IMG/VR virus record: IMGVR_UViG_3300037067_009128
Span: 32,001-96,000 of that record
Direction: 5' to 3' (one strand)
From: a virus
Taxonomy: Duplodnaviria > Caudoviricetes
Length of the DNA stretch: 64,000 bases
Shown here piece after piece: positions 1 through 10,956 of this stretch. The first letter of the stretch is position 1, and each line of letters starts with the position of its first letter. Below the pieces are notes generated by a model that ran no database searches, was not told where the DNA came from, and saw only the letters and a list, made by a program, of their open reading frames with translations. The position numbers and the translations under genes were made by a program.

Positions 1-900
1 CATTTTAAATTCAGCAGATCTTCCAGGAGGAGCAACTTTATTTTTATCAGCTTTAATACTTATTATTTTAAAATCAGGACTACCAAATGCATCTTTCTTT
101 TGAGATTGTTTTTTATAAGTCATTCTTAACCTAATTGATGCATCAAATTTTCCAGCTTCACCTCCCGATACAGATGTAGCATCACCCCATGTCACACCTG
201 GTTTTATTTTCATATGATTTATCATCAAAAGAGTTGTACATTTATCTTGAAGTTTATGTAAATGTTCTTCAAGTACTCCCCCAATTTTATAGATTTTATC
301 AGATCTTATTAAATCTCCCTTATTGTAATCACCATTCTTTTTCATTGTTCCTGGAGGTCCAATATAATAACCAGAACGTAATCTTTTGTAAAAGTCTGTT
401 AACATTTTTGCTTGTGCATAATTTTCATATTGTGAAAAATTTGCTTGATCATATCCTACTGTAGCTGCAGTATCAGGTAATATAGCAGCTTGTGAATCTA
501 TTACATACAAATCAACAATATTTAAAGCAAAAGTTAACATTGCTTGATACAAAGCATCATCTCCTGATGCTGTATCCATCATATTTAACATTTTTCTATC
601 TAAATTCATACTATCCGTATATTCAGGTCCAGGAAATGTTCCTTCTCTATCATCCCAATTAGTTATCAAACCTTCTCTCTGGTAATCACCTACAATATTA
701 ATAGCTAATGTTGTTTTACCAACTGATGGAGGAGCATATAATTCAATAGTTCTACCTCTTGGTATTCCTCCACAACCAAGAACTATATCATTTAAACTTG
801 GCAAATGAGTAGGAACTATTTCTACAGGAGCTATTTCATCTGCAGTTTTTATACCCGGAAAATATTTCTTTATATCACTATTATCAGTGTAGTCATTCAT
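1..900 (-). CDS. recA: RecA-family recombinase (runs off the window start; absent from ORF track)
   Basis: Manual translation from ATG at 900: LGCGGIPRGRTIELYAPPSVGKT (Walker A), YVIDS (Walker B), SGGEAGKFDASIRL, KNKVAPP. Confidence 0.95.
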   Translation of the reverse strand, partial: MNDYTDNSDIKKYFPGIKTADEIAPVEIVPTHLPSLNDIVLGCGGIPRGRTIELYAPPSVGKTTLAINIVGDYQREGLITNWDDREGTFPGPEYTDSMNLDRKMLNMMDTASGDDALYQAMLTFALNIVDLYVIDSQAAILPDTAATVGYDQANFSQYENYAQAKMLTDFYKRLRSGYYIGPPGTMKKNGDYNKGDLIRSDKIYKIGGVLEEHLHKLQDKCTTLLMINHMKIKPGVTWGDATSVSGGEAGKFDASIRLRMTYKKQSQKKDAFGSPDFKIISIKADKNKVAPPGRSAEFKM

Positions 901-902
901 TA

Positions 903-2051
903 TTAGAACCTCTTAACTTTTAATTTTGATAAACCACTTTTTCCAGGTACTGGAGTTTCTTTAACAGTAGTTTTAACTTCTTCTTTCGGTTCTTCTGAAG
1001 TTGTGGTTTCTTCTTGTTCTTCAGTTACTTTTTGTTCTTCAACTTTCTTTTTACCGAATGTAACACTTGATTTTACTCCAGGAGTTTGAGCAGCCTGTCT
1101 TGGTTCATTTACTTCACCATTTGCAGAAAAATGAACAGTCTTTAACCCAAGTTCATGAAGACCTTGCTCAAATTGAGGAGTCTGTGGGAACTTATAAGCT
1201 CCTGTAGAAGGAGTAATTGCAGAAAGATTAATTGGATATTTAACTAACTTTTCAATGATTTCAGTTTCAGATAATGGTTTAATTACTTCTTCTAAATCAA
1301 TTGTGCATTCATCAATTGCATCAATTAATTCTTGAGGAAATACCATTTCTCTACCTGATTGCATTAAAGTAGCATATAATTCAGGATTATTTTTAATTTG
1401 ATTAAGATCTTCAGGTAATTCGTCATCACTTGATGCAATACCAAGTTGTAAGATTATAGATTCAAAATCGAGATTTAACCATTCAGCAGGAATTTTAGCT
1501 CTAAATTGATTATCACCATAAGCAGTAGCTTCATATTTAGTTCCAAATCTTGCAGGTTTTCCCTTTTCAACAGTCTTTTCAATGTTAATATCATACATCC
1601 ACATTAAACCGTTTTCAAGACATTCTGGGTCTTTTAAATCTAATTTAGTTTCTAATTTAATGATACTTTTTTTAACACTAGTTGGGGCTTTTAAAGGTTT
1701 AATTTTAAAATCACTTTTACCTAAAACATTAGAAGCAAGATAAATCCAATTTGTTTGAGGTTTAAAACCACAATCAGGTTTTTCTTCACCGAGGTCAATT
1801 CTTGTTTTTAATTCAAAATTATAAAGTGATTCAACAATACCTGTACTTTCAAGAATATTTAATGCTACAAAAGATGCTTTTTGTTTCTTTTGTTCATCTT
1901 CGACAATAACAGGTACAAAGACAACTATTTGTTTTTGAGGACCTTGAAGAATCCTAAAAAGATTAGGACCTTCTTTCAATTCATGCATATCTTCCATAAC
2001 ATTGGTTGATTGCATTGCTTTTCTTTGACTATCACTAGTTCCGACTTTCAT
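903..2051 (-). CDS. Probable single-stranded DNA-binding protein
   Basis: 382 aa directly upstream of recA; NLFRIL N-terminal motif and long charged low-complexity tail; pol-SSB-recA synteny as in SPO1-like phages. Confidence 0.55.
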   Translation of the reverse strand: MKVGTSDSQRKAMQSTNVMEDMHELKEGPNLFRILQGPQKQIVVFVPVIVEDEQKKQKASFVALNILESTGIVESLYNFELKTRIDLGEEKPDCGFKPQTNWIYLASNVLGKSDFKIKPLKAPTSVKKSIIKLETKLDLKDPECLENGLMWMYDINIEKTVEKGKPARFGTKYEATAYGDNQFRAKIPAEWLNLDFESIILQLGIASSDDELPEDLNQIKNNPELYATLMQSGREMVFPQELIDAIDECTIDLEEVIKPLSETEIIEKLVKYPINLSAITPSTGAYKFPQTPQFEQGLHELGLKTVHFSANGEVNEPRQAAQTPGVKSSVTFGKKKVEEQKVTEEQEETTTSEEPKEEVKTTVKETPVPGKSGLSKLKVKRF

Positions 2052-2063
2052 TGTTTTCTCCTT

Positions 2064-2659
2064 TTAAGTGTTTAAAACATCTTTGATTAAATTCCAACAT
2101 TCTTCTTTATGATCCCATTTATATAATTTATGATCAGTTCCATCTTGTTTATGAATGAATATATAAATATTATTTATGTTTATATCTATTCTTTCCATTT
2201 CTTCTAACAAAATTTCAGGATCTTGTTGTAATAAACTTTCTAAATCTTTTGTAGGACCGTCAAGACCACTAAATTCATTAATTTCTCTACAAACTGCTAT
2301 TGAAAAAGTTTTTTCTCTAATAATAGGCCCTATTCCAGGTTTATATTTTCCAGGATACACTCCCATTATTTCTTCCTTTTATAAAATGGACAAGAATTAC
2401 AACTAACTAATTTTGCCCCAGTTGCTGCATATTGAGTAATATATTCATCTTCATTGCAATAAAAAATTTCAGTATTTTCACCTTTTAATTTATCAACAAA
2501 CATATGAATACAGTCTTTATTTAATTTTGTAGCAGAAATATAAAAAGGAACAGCTACAGTTTCATTACATTTTTCAATAAAATTAAAATATCTTTCAATA
2601 TTAAACAAGATTTTAAATCTTTCAACTCTTTCAAGATCTTTGATTAAATCATATGGCAT
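2064..2659 (-). CDS. Two small hypothetical proteins (2064-2366; 2366-2659 with C-terminal CxxC)
   Basis: ORF track; overlapping stop/start codons. Confidence 0.6.
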
Positions 2660-3191
2660 TTTCGTATCCTTTATTACCTTTAACTTGTTGTCTTCTATCT
2701 AACCATGCTTTTAATATCCAAATTCTTTGCGATAATATCTCATCAAATTCTTTTAAAAACTCTGTTTGTAAACTTAACTCATTAATATAATCTGTTTTTT
2801 CAGTATACATTTGCATATTTTTTGATATAACTTTATTAAATATATCTTTTTCTTTTAAAGCTGGAAATTGTCTTCTTATTTCATCAGATTGATTTGATAT
2901 AAATACTTTTAATTTTGTTTCTTCAAACCTCTTAGTTTTTTCTAAATCAATTCTTGTTGACAAGAATGTTGTTCTATATGCTGAACCATCAACTAATGAA
3001 TCATTAATATCTTTATCACTTAATTCATCAATTGGTTTATTAAATTTAACTAAAGGCTCTAAATCAAGTTTATACTGTCTTGAACCTATATACAACATAC
3101 GTTCAAATATATTCTCAGAGGCCCATAAATTTTCTATACTTATTGAGCTTTCTTCATCATTATTGTTATTATTTATTCTTCCAATTTTCAT
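2649..3191 (-). CDS. Helical protein, possible UvsY-like recombination mediator
   Basis: Coiled-coil-like pattern, size, and position upstream of SSB/recA. Confidence 0.4.
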   Translation of the reverse strand: MKIGRINNNNNDEESSISIENLWASENIFERMLYIGSRQYKLDLEPLVKFNKPIDELSDKDINDSLVDGSAYRTTFLSTRIDLEKTKRFEETKLKVFISNQSDEIRRQFPALKEKDIFNKVISKNMQMYTEKTDYINELSLQTEFLKEFDEILSQRIWILKAWLDRRQQVKGNKGYENAI

Positions 3192-3244
3192 AAATTCAAT
3201 TTTTATTGTTTACAAATATAGTACTTCATTTATTTCTTATATGT

Positions 3245-4276
3245 CTATTTGATTAGTTTTAGCCAATGTTTAAAAAGTTGAGGACCTAGAAAGTTATTAA
3301 CAAAGTATCCTATCTTTTTATATTTTTTAATACTTGGTTTTTTAACTACAATAAATTCTCTTTTTCCATCTGCATCATTACTAAATGTATACCATAGCAT
3401 ACTGTTTAAATCAAATAAAAGAAATGGGATTTTATAAACTCTACAATATTCTAAAAACCACATATCAGGAGAAACTAAATCACCTATATCAGAATTACAA
3501 GAAGATAAACAAACACCTACTTCTGACTCTCTTAAAACCATAGCAATTCTTCTAATAATTGAGTTTCTTACTTCATTGATAGATGGGAAATTATCACAAG
3601 TTATTTGAATTGATGACATTACTTGATTAACTGAACCCATGTCCAAAGGGCTCACAATCCTTTTCTCTACTGATGGTATATCTTTAACTGTTTGGTTAGC
3701 ATCAATGATTTGTATAAGTTTGACATCTTTTTTCTCTTCAATGAAATCAAAGAATTTATTATCAAAGTAAGTGTTATTTGTACAAGTTAAATATTGAGTA
3801 CCTAAGAATAGATTATTATAAATTCTAAACTCATTAGCTGTAACAGTTACCATCTCTTCAAGTTTTTTATCAATCCCATAATTTATAAGAACATCAGTTC
3901 CAGTAATATCACACCCAATTAATAATAATCTTATATTGTTAATTATATCATTGTAGAATAAAGATTCATGCTTTTTATTAATGCTTTCAAGTTTATCAGC
4001 ATTTTCTTTTGATGAGAAGAAAATATTAATAATCATAGGTCGTTGAGATTCTTTAGCAATATCATTGTAAATATTTAATGCTAATATCTCTAATTCAAAT
4101 TCAGAATTAAAAGTATGATACGTTCTGAATGTTTGATATTTTGATGTAGATTTGTCTTTTATCATTATACCATAAGCACCTCTTTTTTCAAAGTCTTTTG
4201 ATATAACTCCTTGAACATAAATATTGATATTTGATAAGTCTAGATTACTTAAATCATACATGGTTTTAACCTTCAA
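3245..4276 (-). CDS. Protein with degenerate RNase H-like N-terminal domain
   Basis: INIYVQG...GAYG...ELEILAL...INIFFSS follows the RNase HI pattern, with catalytic Asp positions replaced. Confidence 0.45.
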   Translation of the reverse strand: MKVKTMYDLSNLDLSNINIYVQGVISKDFEKRGAYGIMIKDKSTSKYQTFRTYHTFNSEFELEILALNIYNDIAKESQRPMIINIFFSSKENADKLESINKKHESLFYNDIINNIRLLLIGCDITGTDVLINYGIDKKLEEMVTVTANEFRIYNNLFLGTQYLTCTNNTYFDNKFFDFIEEKKDVKLIQIIDANQTVKDIPSVEKRIVSPLDMGSVNQVMSSIQITCDNFPSINEVRNSIIRRIAMVLRESEVGVCLSSCNSDIGDLVSPDMWFLEYCRVYKIPFLLFDLNSMLWYTFSNDADGKREFIVVKKPSIKKYKKIGYFVNNFLGPQLFKHWLKLIK

Positions 4277-5102
4277 TTAAAGGAATTTCTGGATGATTAA
4301 CTCTGTATGAGTTTAAGACTGTATCAACAATCCATTCTTCAAAATAACCATGGTCATCATTTTGAGCAAGATTAAACATTTCAAGTCTTGTTCCTTTCTT
4401 GAAATATTTTATAAATCGTCCATCTTTATATTCTTCAACTTTATTATCTTTAACCCATTGTTTTAAAGGTTCTAATTCATATGCTATTGCAACAACATTA
4501 GGTATTTTCTTACTAGTATTAGCCATGTGATTTAATCTTAAACTATAAATCTTTATTTGAGTTACTTGTCTTGTTTCCATGTTTAATCCTCATAAGCTTC
4601 TTTTTGTAATTCTTCAATATTTTCTTTAATATAATCAGATAATCCTTGAAATCCTTCATCTTCAAACTTATTATCAAATCCTCTGAATTTTACTCTAGCT
4701 GGATACGTATTTATTATATGTCCATCTTCATCAGTGTTACATATTATAGCCCATCCAAATAAATGAAGTGATCTATTAACCCACCATAATAATTTTGATT
4801 CTCTGAATTCTTCCCATGATTTTTCAAAAACCATTCGTTCTGACATTTTATATCTCCTTTTATGTGTTTAATTCTTTATTATAAAACCAATTAGCTACCC
4901 ACAAATTTCCTATAGTATCAAGTCTACACTTTGATTTAGGTATCCATTTTTCATCATAATTCCATTTTATTTGAATAGCCAATTCTGTTTCAAATAAAAC
5001 TATTGATGTATTATCTAAAATCTTTTTATAATTAAAAACATCATGAGGTAATATATCAATATTCAAGTTTACAACTGGTACATTTGGAATTTTATTAGCC
5101 AT
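4266..5102 (-). CDS. Three small hypothetical phage proteins (4266-4580, 4583-4846, 4860-5102)
   Basis: ORF track; tightly packed, same strand. Confidence 0.65.
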
Positions 5103-7835
5103 TTAATTACCCCACCTTTCTTTGAATACTTCAAATTCGGAATCAATTTTAACTTTTATTATATTAGAAATATCTATCTTTCTTTCAATACCATCGGGAT
5201 GAATTGAGAATGTTTTAGATGTCATTAGTTTAGGCGTAATTTCTTTTATCAATTCTAATTCATGTTCAGGTGATTCACCGTCAGCTTCATCATGTACTGT
5301 TATCAGGGGCCAACTTTCAAGATTATTATCCCTACAATAATCATATATTTTGATAAAACCCCATTGAGCAATATCGCTTGCTGTACCTTGTATTTGAGCG
5401 TTAATTCCGGCTCTTACAGCTTCTTCTCTAAAATATTTTTTATCACTAAATGCATCTGGTAGAATTCTACGTCTTCCAAATTTAGAATCTATCCAACCAT
5501 TACAAAGAATATGTTCTTTCATCTCAAGTTGATATTCTTTAGTTCTTTCAAATTCTGACCAAAACCATTCAGAATGTCTTTGTGCATCTTGCATTGTTAT
5601 TTTAGGTTCATCCCTTTCTAATTTCTCATTTACCTTTTCTACCTTAGTCTGATCACTCCCCAGATACATCCCTCCAAAATTACATAATTTAGTTAATTTT
5701 CTGTTTCTTTTCATTTGAAAATCAGTAGGATCATATTCAAGTTCTTTACCATTATAAAATACTTCTTTACAACCTCTCCAATGGATATCAATATTATTAT
5801 CTATATAATAAAGCATTATGGGGTCTTGTGCATAATCTGCCATGATTCTCATTTCAACTTGACTTTCATCACAACTCCAGAATCTCCAACCAGGTCTTGC
5901 TGTAAATACTCCACGTATGTTAGCAGTTTTAGTTTTTTTAGGCATATTTTGCAAATTAGGCCTTGAAGACAACCTTCCACTGACTGCTCCATGTAAGAGA
6001 TAACTCGTATGAACAAAACCATCTGGGTCCATTCTTGAATGCATTTTCTTACCTCTAAGGTAAGTAGAAATCATTTTTTGTTTTTTCTTATAATCTAATA
6101 ATGCAGCTATTAAATCTAATTCGCCTTTAAATTTATCTGGATGTTTTTCAAATTCTTCTCGTAGTCTTTTAATATGGTCTTGATCAGTACTTGCATAATC
6201 TGATGTTTGAGGTTGACCTTTTTCTTTTGTTTTAAATATAGGCCAACCAAGCTCAACAAACAATAATTCTTGTAATTGAACTGGGGAATTGAGATTGATT
6301 GTTCTTTGAAAAGTACTAAAGAACTCTTCTTCAATCTCTCTTAATTCTTTAGTATACTCATTAGCAATCTTTTCAGCATATTCTCTATCAAAGTATACCC
6401 CTCTTAATTCTGCCATTGTATAAACATGTTGTAATGGCATATAAAGATTATCCAATAAGAATTTGTTATCCAAGTAACAATTCTTTGCTCCTTGATAATT
6501 CTTTTTCTCTTCTTCAATCTCAGTAGCTAAATCTTCCCATAATCTAAGTGTTGCATCAGTATCTTTAGGGCCATATATACTCAATGTTGAAAGAGGAATG
6601 TCTGCATAATTTTCTACATCTTTTTTATCTTTTGTTAATAATCCATAAACAGATTGTTTATAACCTCTTAAATCAGGATATCTAACATCTGAGTTATATT
6701 CCAAACTATTTGGTACATTTTCATTTAATAGATAACTCATCAACATTGTGTCAGCAACAATATTATTAGGATGTATATCTAATTGCTTTATTAAGAACTG
6801 ATTATCGAATTTAACATTTTGATTACATTTCTCAATTTCTGGATTTTCTAACAATGTTTTCATTCTACCAACAACATATTCAGTAGCTGTAGGTCCTAAC
6901 CAGAAATAAAATTCATCTTTATCAAATGTTCCTAAATTATTAGTTTGTAAATATGATTCCCATTCTTTTTTTCTTTCATCATCAAAATCTTTTCCTTTAA
7001 CCCATAGAGGTAAGTAAATACCTGTATTTCTTTCACAAGAAAAACTAATACCTATGATTATATCCTCTCTCCATTCTTCAAAGATTACTTTTTTACCAAG
7101 TCTTTTCCTTTCAATTATTTCTTTCATCATTTGATATTTATTACCAGTAGTCTCAATATCATATACAAGTTTTTTACCTTGCATCAGATAATCAATGACA
7201 CCGTCAAATTCTTCAATAGTTTCTATTAAAATATAATCATTTTCTTTTTTAATATTTGTAGGTGAGTAATTTTTAATAAACTCTAAATCTTGTTCGAAAG
7301 GTAATATTAATTCTTCATTATTATATAAAGCACCTGGATGATAAGTTACAAAAATATCACAAGGATATTTTGTCATTGAATGTACTTGATTTCTTAATGA
7401 ATCTATTTTATCTTTTTTACCAAACATAGCTTCTACAACAGTTTTACCAAGAAGTATTATCTTTGGAGGTTTTACTTTAAAAAGTTCATTTGTTTTTAAG
7501 ATAGACTGAAGTATTAACTCAAGATTATCTGAACAACATTTAATATCTTTTTTATTAGGTGTCTTGTTTTCAGAATTTCTACAGAGTGTGATTGCTGTAT
7601 AAAAGAAATTAGTAATTCCTGTTTTTTCAATCTTTTCAAGAAATGTTTTTGAATCTCTTCCCCCAAGAATATTCTGATAATCTGTTCCTTTATCAGAAAT
7701 AAAAATATATTCTATGTATTTATCCCATTGACCTTCTGACACATCTTTAAACTTACCTTCATATATAAATTCTGGATTATAACAACTACAATTTATACAA
7801 TTATTATAAACTAGGTCAATCCCAAGTTTATCCAT
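5103..7835 (-). CDS. polA: Family A DNA polymerase with N-terminal UDG family-4-like domain and 3'-5' exonuclease
   Basis: CxxC, LCR, CC, IILLG, TYHP (UDG-like); YDIETTG (ExoI); SGRLSS; DESQVEMR (motif A); RKLTKLCNFGGMY (motif B); VHDE (motif C). Confidence 0.95.
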   Translation of the reverse strand: MDKLGIDLVYNNCINCSCYNPEFIYEGKFKDVSEGQWDKYIEYIFISDKGTDYQNILGGRDSKTFLEKIEKTGITNFFYTAITLCRNSENKTPNKKDIKCCSDNLELILQSILKTNELFKVKPPKIILLGKTVVEAMFGKKDKIDSLRNQVHSMTKYPCDIFVTYHPGALYNNEELILPFEQDLEFIKNYSPTNIKKENDYILIETIEEFDGVIDYLMQGKKLVYDIETTGNKYQMMKEIIERKRLGKKVIFEEWREDIIIGISFSCERNTGIYLPLWVKGKDFDDERKKEWESYLQTNNLGTFDKDEFYFWLGPTATEYVVGRMKTLLENPEIEKCNQNVKFDNQFLIKQLDIHPNNIVADTMLMSYLLNENVPNSLEYNSDVRYPDLRGYKQSVYGLLTKDKKDVENYADIPLSTLSIYGPKDTDATLRLWEDLATEIEEEKKNYQGAKNCYLDNKFLLDNLYMPLQHVYTMAELRGVYFDREYAEKIANEYTKELREIEEEFFSTFQRTINLNSPVQLQELLFVELGWPIFKTKEKGQPQTSDYASTDQDHIKRLREEFEKHPDKFKGELDLIAALLDYKKKQKMISTYLRGKKMHSRMDPDGFVHTSYLLHGAVSGRLSSRPNLQNMPKKTKTANIRGVFTARPGWRFWSCDESQVEMRIMADYAQDPIMLYYIDNNIDIHWRGCKEVFYNGKELEYDPTDFQMKRNRKLTKLCNFGGMYLGSDQTKVEKVNEKLERDEPKITMQDAQRHSEWFWSEFERTKEYQLEMKEHILCNGWIDSKFGRRRILPDAFSDKKYFREEAVRAGINAQIQGTASDIAQWGFIKIYDYCRDNNLESWPLITVHDEADGESPEHELELIKEITPKLMTSKTFSIHPDGIERKIDISNIIKVKIDSEFEVFKERWGN

Positions 7836-7893
7836 GAAACTCCTAAATTATTTTAAATTTGATTTGCAAATATAATACATCTAATATTTTGTA

Positions 7894-8580
7894 TTATAGA
7901 GGTAGTCCGAAATTTATTGCTTTTCTTTGTTTGAATAGTTCTCCATCTTTGTCAAAAAATCTCATATTCTTTTGATGAAGATCATCTCCTGGAACACCAA
8001 GATGAGCATGGAAATCATGTCTAATTAAACAAGTTCCAAAAAATGTTTGTTTTTTAAGTTTATTTGCTACTTCCATAAATTCATTGTCACACCAAAACCC
8101 TTTGTATTCTGGGTAATAAATGTAACCAAATCTATCAAAGTATTTTCTACCTATAATCGGTAATGTATTAAGATCAGTTCTGAATCCATCAAAGTACCAC
8201 AAAACTCCATCAGTATCAGGATAAAAATGTTGCATATCACTTCTAATTTGCTCATCATAGCCAATGTATACTGGAGTCATATCATCAGATGCTAATAAAA
8301 CAATATCAAAATCTTTATAAAAAACTCCAGCATTCATAGCATTAATCTTACAAGTATTATTATAAAATTGGATATCACAATAACTACCAAATTCACTAAT
8401 ATATCTAATTTTATTAATGATATCACTGTTATTCATTGTTTTATCATCAATATCACAAATAATATGAAATGATGTGTTTTTGTGGTCTTGGATTAAATCT
8501 TGATATTTTTGTAACATTTTTAAGAATTTTTCAGGTCTTTCTCTTGTGGGGAATTGAATTAAGACTTTTAATTTTGACAT
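7894..8580 (-). CDS. GT-A fold (GT2-like) glycosyltransferase
   Basis: FPTRER start, DIVLLASDDM (DxD-like), YYPEYKGFWCDNEF. Confidence 0.75.
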   Translation of the reverse strand: MSKLKVLIQFPTRERPEKFLKMLQKYQDLIQDHKNTSFHIICDIDDKTMNNSDIINKIRYISEFGSYCDIQFYNNTCKINAMNAGVFYKDFDIVLLASDDMTPVYIGYDEQIRSDMQHFYPDTDGVLWYFDGFRTDLNTLPIIGRKYFDRFGYIYYPEYKGFWCDNEFMEVANKLKKQTFFGTCLIRHDFHAHLGVPGDDLHQKNMRFFDKDGELFKQRKAINFGLPL

Positions 8581-9425
8581 TGTAATACCTCTTCTAATAA
8601 AAATTTCATTCTTTTATAATAAGTATGTTGTTTTGAAAAATTATAACCATTATTAGCTACCTCATATATATAATCAAGATGATTCTTACAATAATTAAGT
8701 TTTTCCATAAGATCATTTTTTGATTCATAACTTAAATAATCTATTTCATCTCTGAATCCTAATTCTTGATATTGTTTATCATAATTAGTTAATAAAACAG
8801 TACTGCATCCCAATGTTTCAAAACTTCTATAATTAATATCATTTGAGATATTTTTATTAAAATGAATACGATAAGAATTTATAGCTCTTACCATGTCTTT
8901 TCCTAATACCCATATATCTTTTTTTAATAAATATTTCGACTCTATTACATTGAACCATTCTTCTCTATTTAATACACTACCACAAAATCCTATAAAATAC
9001 CCTTTGATATTCATAGGATAAATCAATTCATCATCAAAACAATTTGGAAACCAAATTGTACGTATAGAATTCGAAGTTATACAATAATTTTTATTAGCTT
9101 GTAACATTGTGTGATATTTTCCACGTTTAAATTCTTGATTATAAATTTCAATTCCTCTCACATGTGCATCAATACACCATAATAATTTAATAGGTTTGGA
9201 ATATTGACTTAAATCTGGTACCCATCCAGAGTCGTAATTTTCAAGATTTATAATAACATCATAACTATTAAAATTGGGAATCTGGTTAAAATTATGATGA
9301 CCTTTACCCCAAACATCACAACTTTGTCCTAATTTAATTAATGCTCTTTGTGCAGAGAAACATTCTCTAAATTCCCTATTTGAATCATGAATCCCATTCT
9401 CTTGAATAATTAAAAATTTAAGCAT
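8568..9425 (-). CDS. GT-B fold glycosyltransferase (CgeB/Glyco_trans_1_2-like)
   Basis: WCIDAH, IGFCGS, INYRSFETLGC, HTYYKR; start moved to ATG 9425 behind GAGG. Confidence 0.8.
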   Translation of the reverse strand: MLKFLIIQENGIHDSNREFRECFSAQRALIKLGQSCDVWGKGHHNFNQIPNFNSYDVIINLENYDSGWVPDLSQYSKPIKLLWCIDAHVRGIEIYNQEFKRGKYHTMLQANKNYCITSNSIRTIWFPNCFDDELIYPMNIKGYFIGFCGSVLNREEWFNVIESKYLLKKDIWVLGKDMVRAINSYRIHFNKNISNDINYRSFETLGCSTVLLTNYDKQYQELGFRDEIDYLSYESKNDLMEKLNYCKNHLDYIYEVANNGYNFSKQHTYYKRMKFLLEEVLQCQN

Positions 9426-9927
9426 ATTGGTCCTCTGTATAAGCTGAAAAAGTATTCTCATTTTCATTTTTATGAATAGCAATATCATACCCATAACGTG
9501 CAAACATTTCAGGATTTAAAACTGAAATATGTTCTTCAAATGGGTTACCGTCTAGCGAACCTTGTGGATGTTCTCCTATAGGCATTTGATATATTACTAT
9601 TTTTTTAGCTTTTCTTTCAATGTCACCATTGATATTTAAAAAATCAAACCAAGTAATATGTTCTGGACCATGTAACCAAATAACAGCATCATAGTTAAAT
9701 TCTATCAGATCAATATTTTTAACATCTATATGGTGTACAGTTTTCACAAATTTAAAGATATCTCTACAATTATCTCCCCAAACTTCTAATACAGAAAATT
9801 CTCCCCCAATACTTTCTATATAATTTTGAATACTTCTGTCAGAATCGTGTCTGTACCCAATATTGAGTACAGACTTTACCTCCAATTCTTTAAATTTATC
9901 AATAACGAACTTTATTTGTTCAAGCAT
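9418..9927 (-). CDS. Class I SAM-dependent methyltransferase-like protein
   Basis: SVLNIG motif I, YDAVIWLHGPEH, NPFEEHIS. Confidence 0.65.
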   Translation of the reverse strand: MLEQIKFVIDKFKELEVKSVLNIGYRHDSDRSIQNYIESIGGEFSVLEVWGDNCRDIFKFVKTVHHIDVKNIDLIEFNYDAVIWLHGPEHITWFDFLNINGDIERKAKKIVIYQMPIGEHPQGSLDGNPFEEHISVLNPEMFARYGYDIAIHKNENENTFSAYTEDQYA

Positions 9928-9946
9928 TTTACTCCTAAGATTTTTT

Positions 9947-10945
9947 TTAATTTTTAACTATAGCACTTTTACCAAAATATTGAAAGTTTAATGTTTTATT
10001 GTCATATATCACATTATCATAAACAAACTTTGAAGGGAAAACTGTAATATTAAAACAAGGAGCTCCAAGATACCCAATTCTCATATGTGTTTGAGGAGAA
10101 TCTTTATACCCCTCAAAATAATCAAAATCGATCTTAATATCATAACTATAATCATTGATTTCTAATCCTAATCCACAACCTTCAATCATTCCTCTAAAAC
10201 TTGATCCTTGAGTTTTAGTTGCTGAAATACCGATAGGACATTTTTCAATGTCAAGATTAGCTCTCATTGCATTAAGCATATGTCCTTTAAAACCTATTTT
10301 ACAATCTTTTATAAATGCTTTCACATTAGATACTTGTCCTTTTAAATCCATTCCAGTTTCTGCTCCTGAAATGTATATATTTTCAAAATTAAATCTATGA
10401 TACCCATTAGGACGATTAACGGGATTAGATTTGATACCCGTAAAAACAGCTTTTGAATCACTTTTTATAATAGCAAAATTTCTAATATTCCAGTATTCTC
10501 CAGCATTCTTATCATATTTTATAGGATCTGTATTAGGTATAACTAAATCAGTAGCAATATGTTCTATTACTGGACTTCCATCAGTTATCCCTTTAACTTG
10601 CAATACAGTTCCATAATCCCAACCAGCATCTTCACCTATTATAGGAACTTCTGTTTTTATACCACCTTTAATTATTGGGTATTTACCATTAAACAATTTT
10701 ACTATTTGATGATCTTCTCTTGCTTTATAGCAAGCATCTTGTATTAAACTAGAACAATCACCATTCCTTGGTCTAACCCAGTATACAGAGTCTTCTGGAA
10801 TATCTGGAATACTCTCTTTCAATTCTTGTAGTGATTTTGCAATGTTAGTAAAATCAGTTTCATAACCTTGAACTTTTTCTTGAAATTCTTTTATAGAATT
10901 GTCTATTTGTTCAAACTTATTATTGAGATCTTCTCCTAGTGACAT
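9947..10945 (-). CDS. Coiled-coil plus right-handed beta-helix (pectate-lyase/tailspike-like) protein
   Basis: N-terminal heptads, DCSSLIQDAC...LFNGKY cap, repeated I-xx-C-xx-G rungs. Confidence 0.6.
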   Translation of the reverse strand: MSLGEDLNNKFEQIDNSIKEFQEKVQGYETDFTNIAKSLQELKESIPDIPEDSVYWVRPRNGDCSSLIQDACYKAREDHQIVKLFNGKYPIIKGGIKTEVPIIGEDAGWDYGTVLQVKGITDGSPVIEHIATDLVIPNTDPIKYDKNAGEYWNIRNFAIIKSDSKAVFTGIKSNPVNRPNGYHRFNFENIYISGAETGMDLKGQVSNVKAFIKDCKIGFKGHMLNAMRANLDIEKCPIGISATKTQGSSFRGMIEGCGLGLEINDYSYDIKIDFDYFEGYKDSPQTHMRIGYLGAPCFNITVFPSKFVYDNVIYDNKTLNFQYFGKSAIVKN

Positions 10946-10956
10946 AATATTTCCCT

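Noticed and set aside
189-464. Plus-strand 91-aa ORF
   Set aside because: Shadow of recA on the minus strand.
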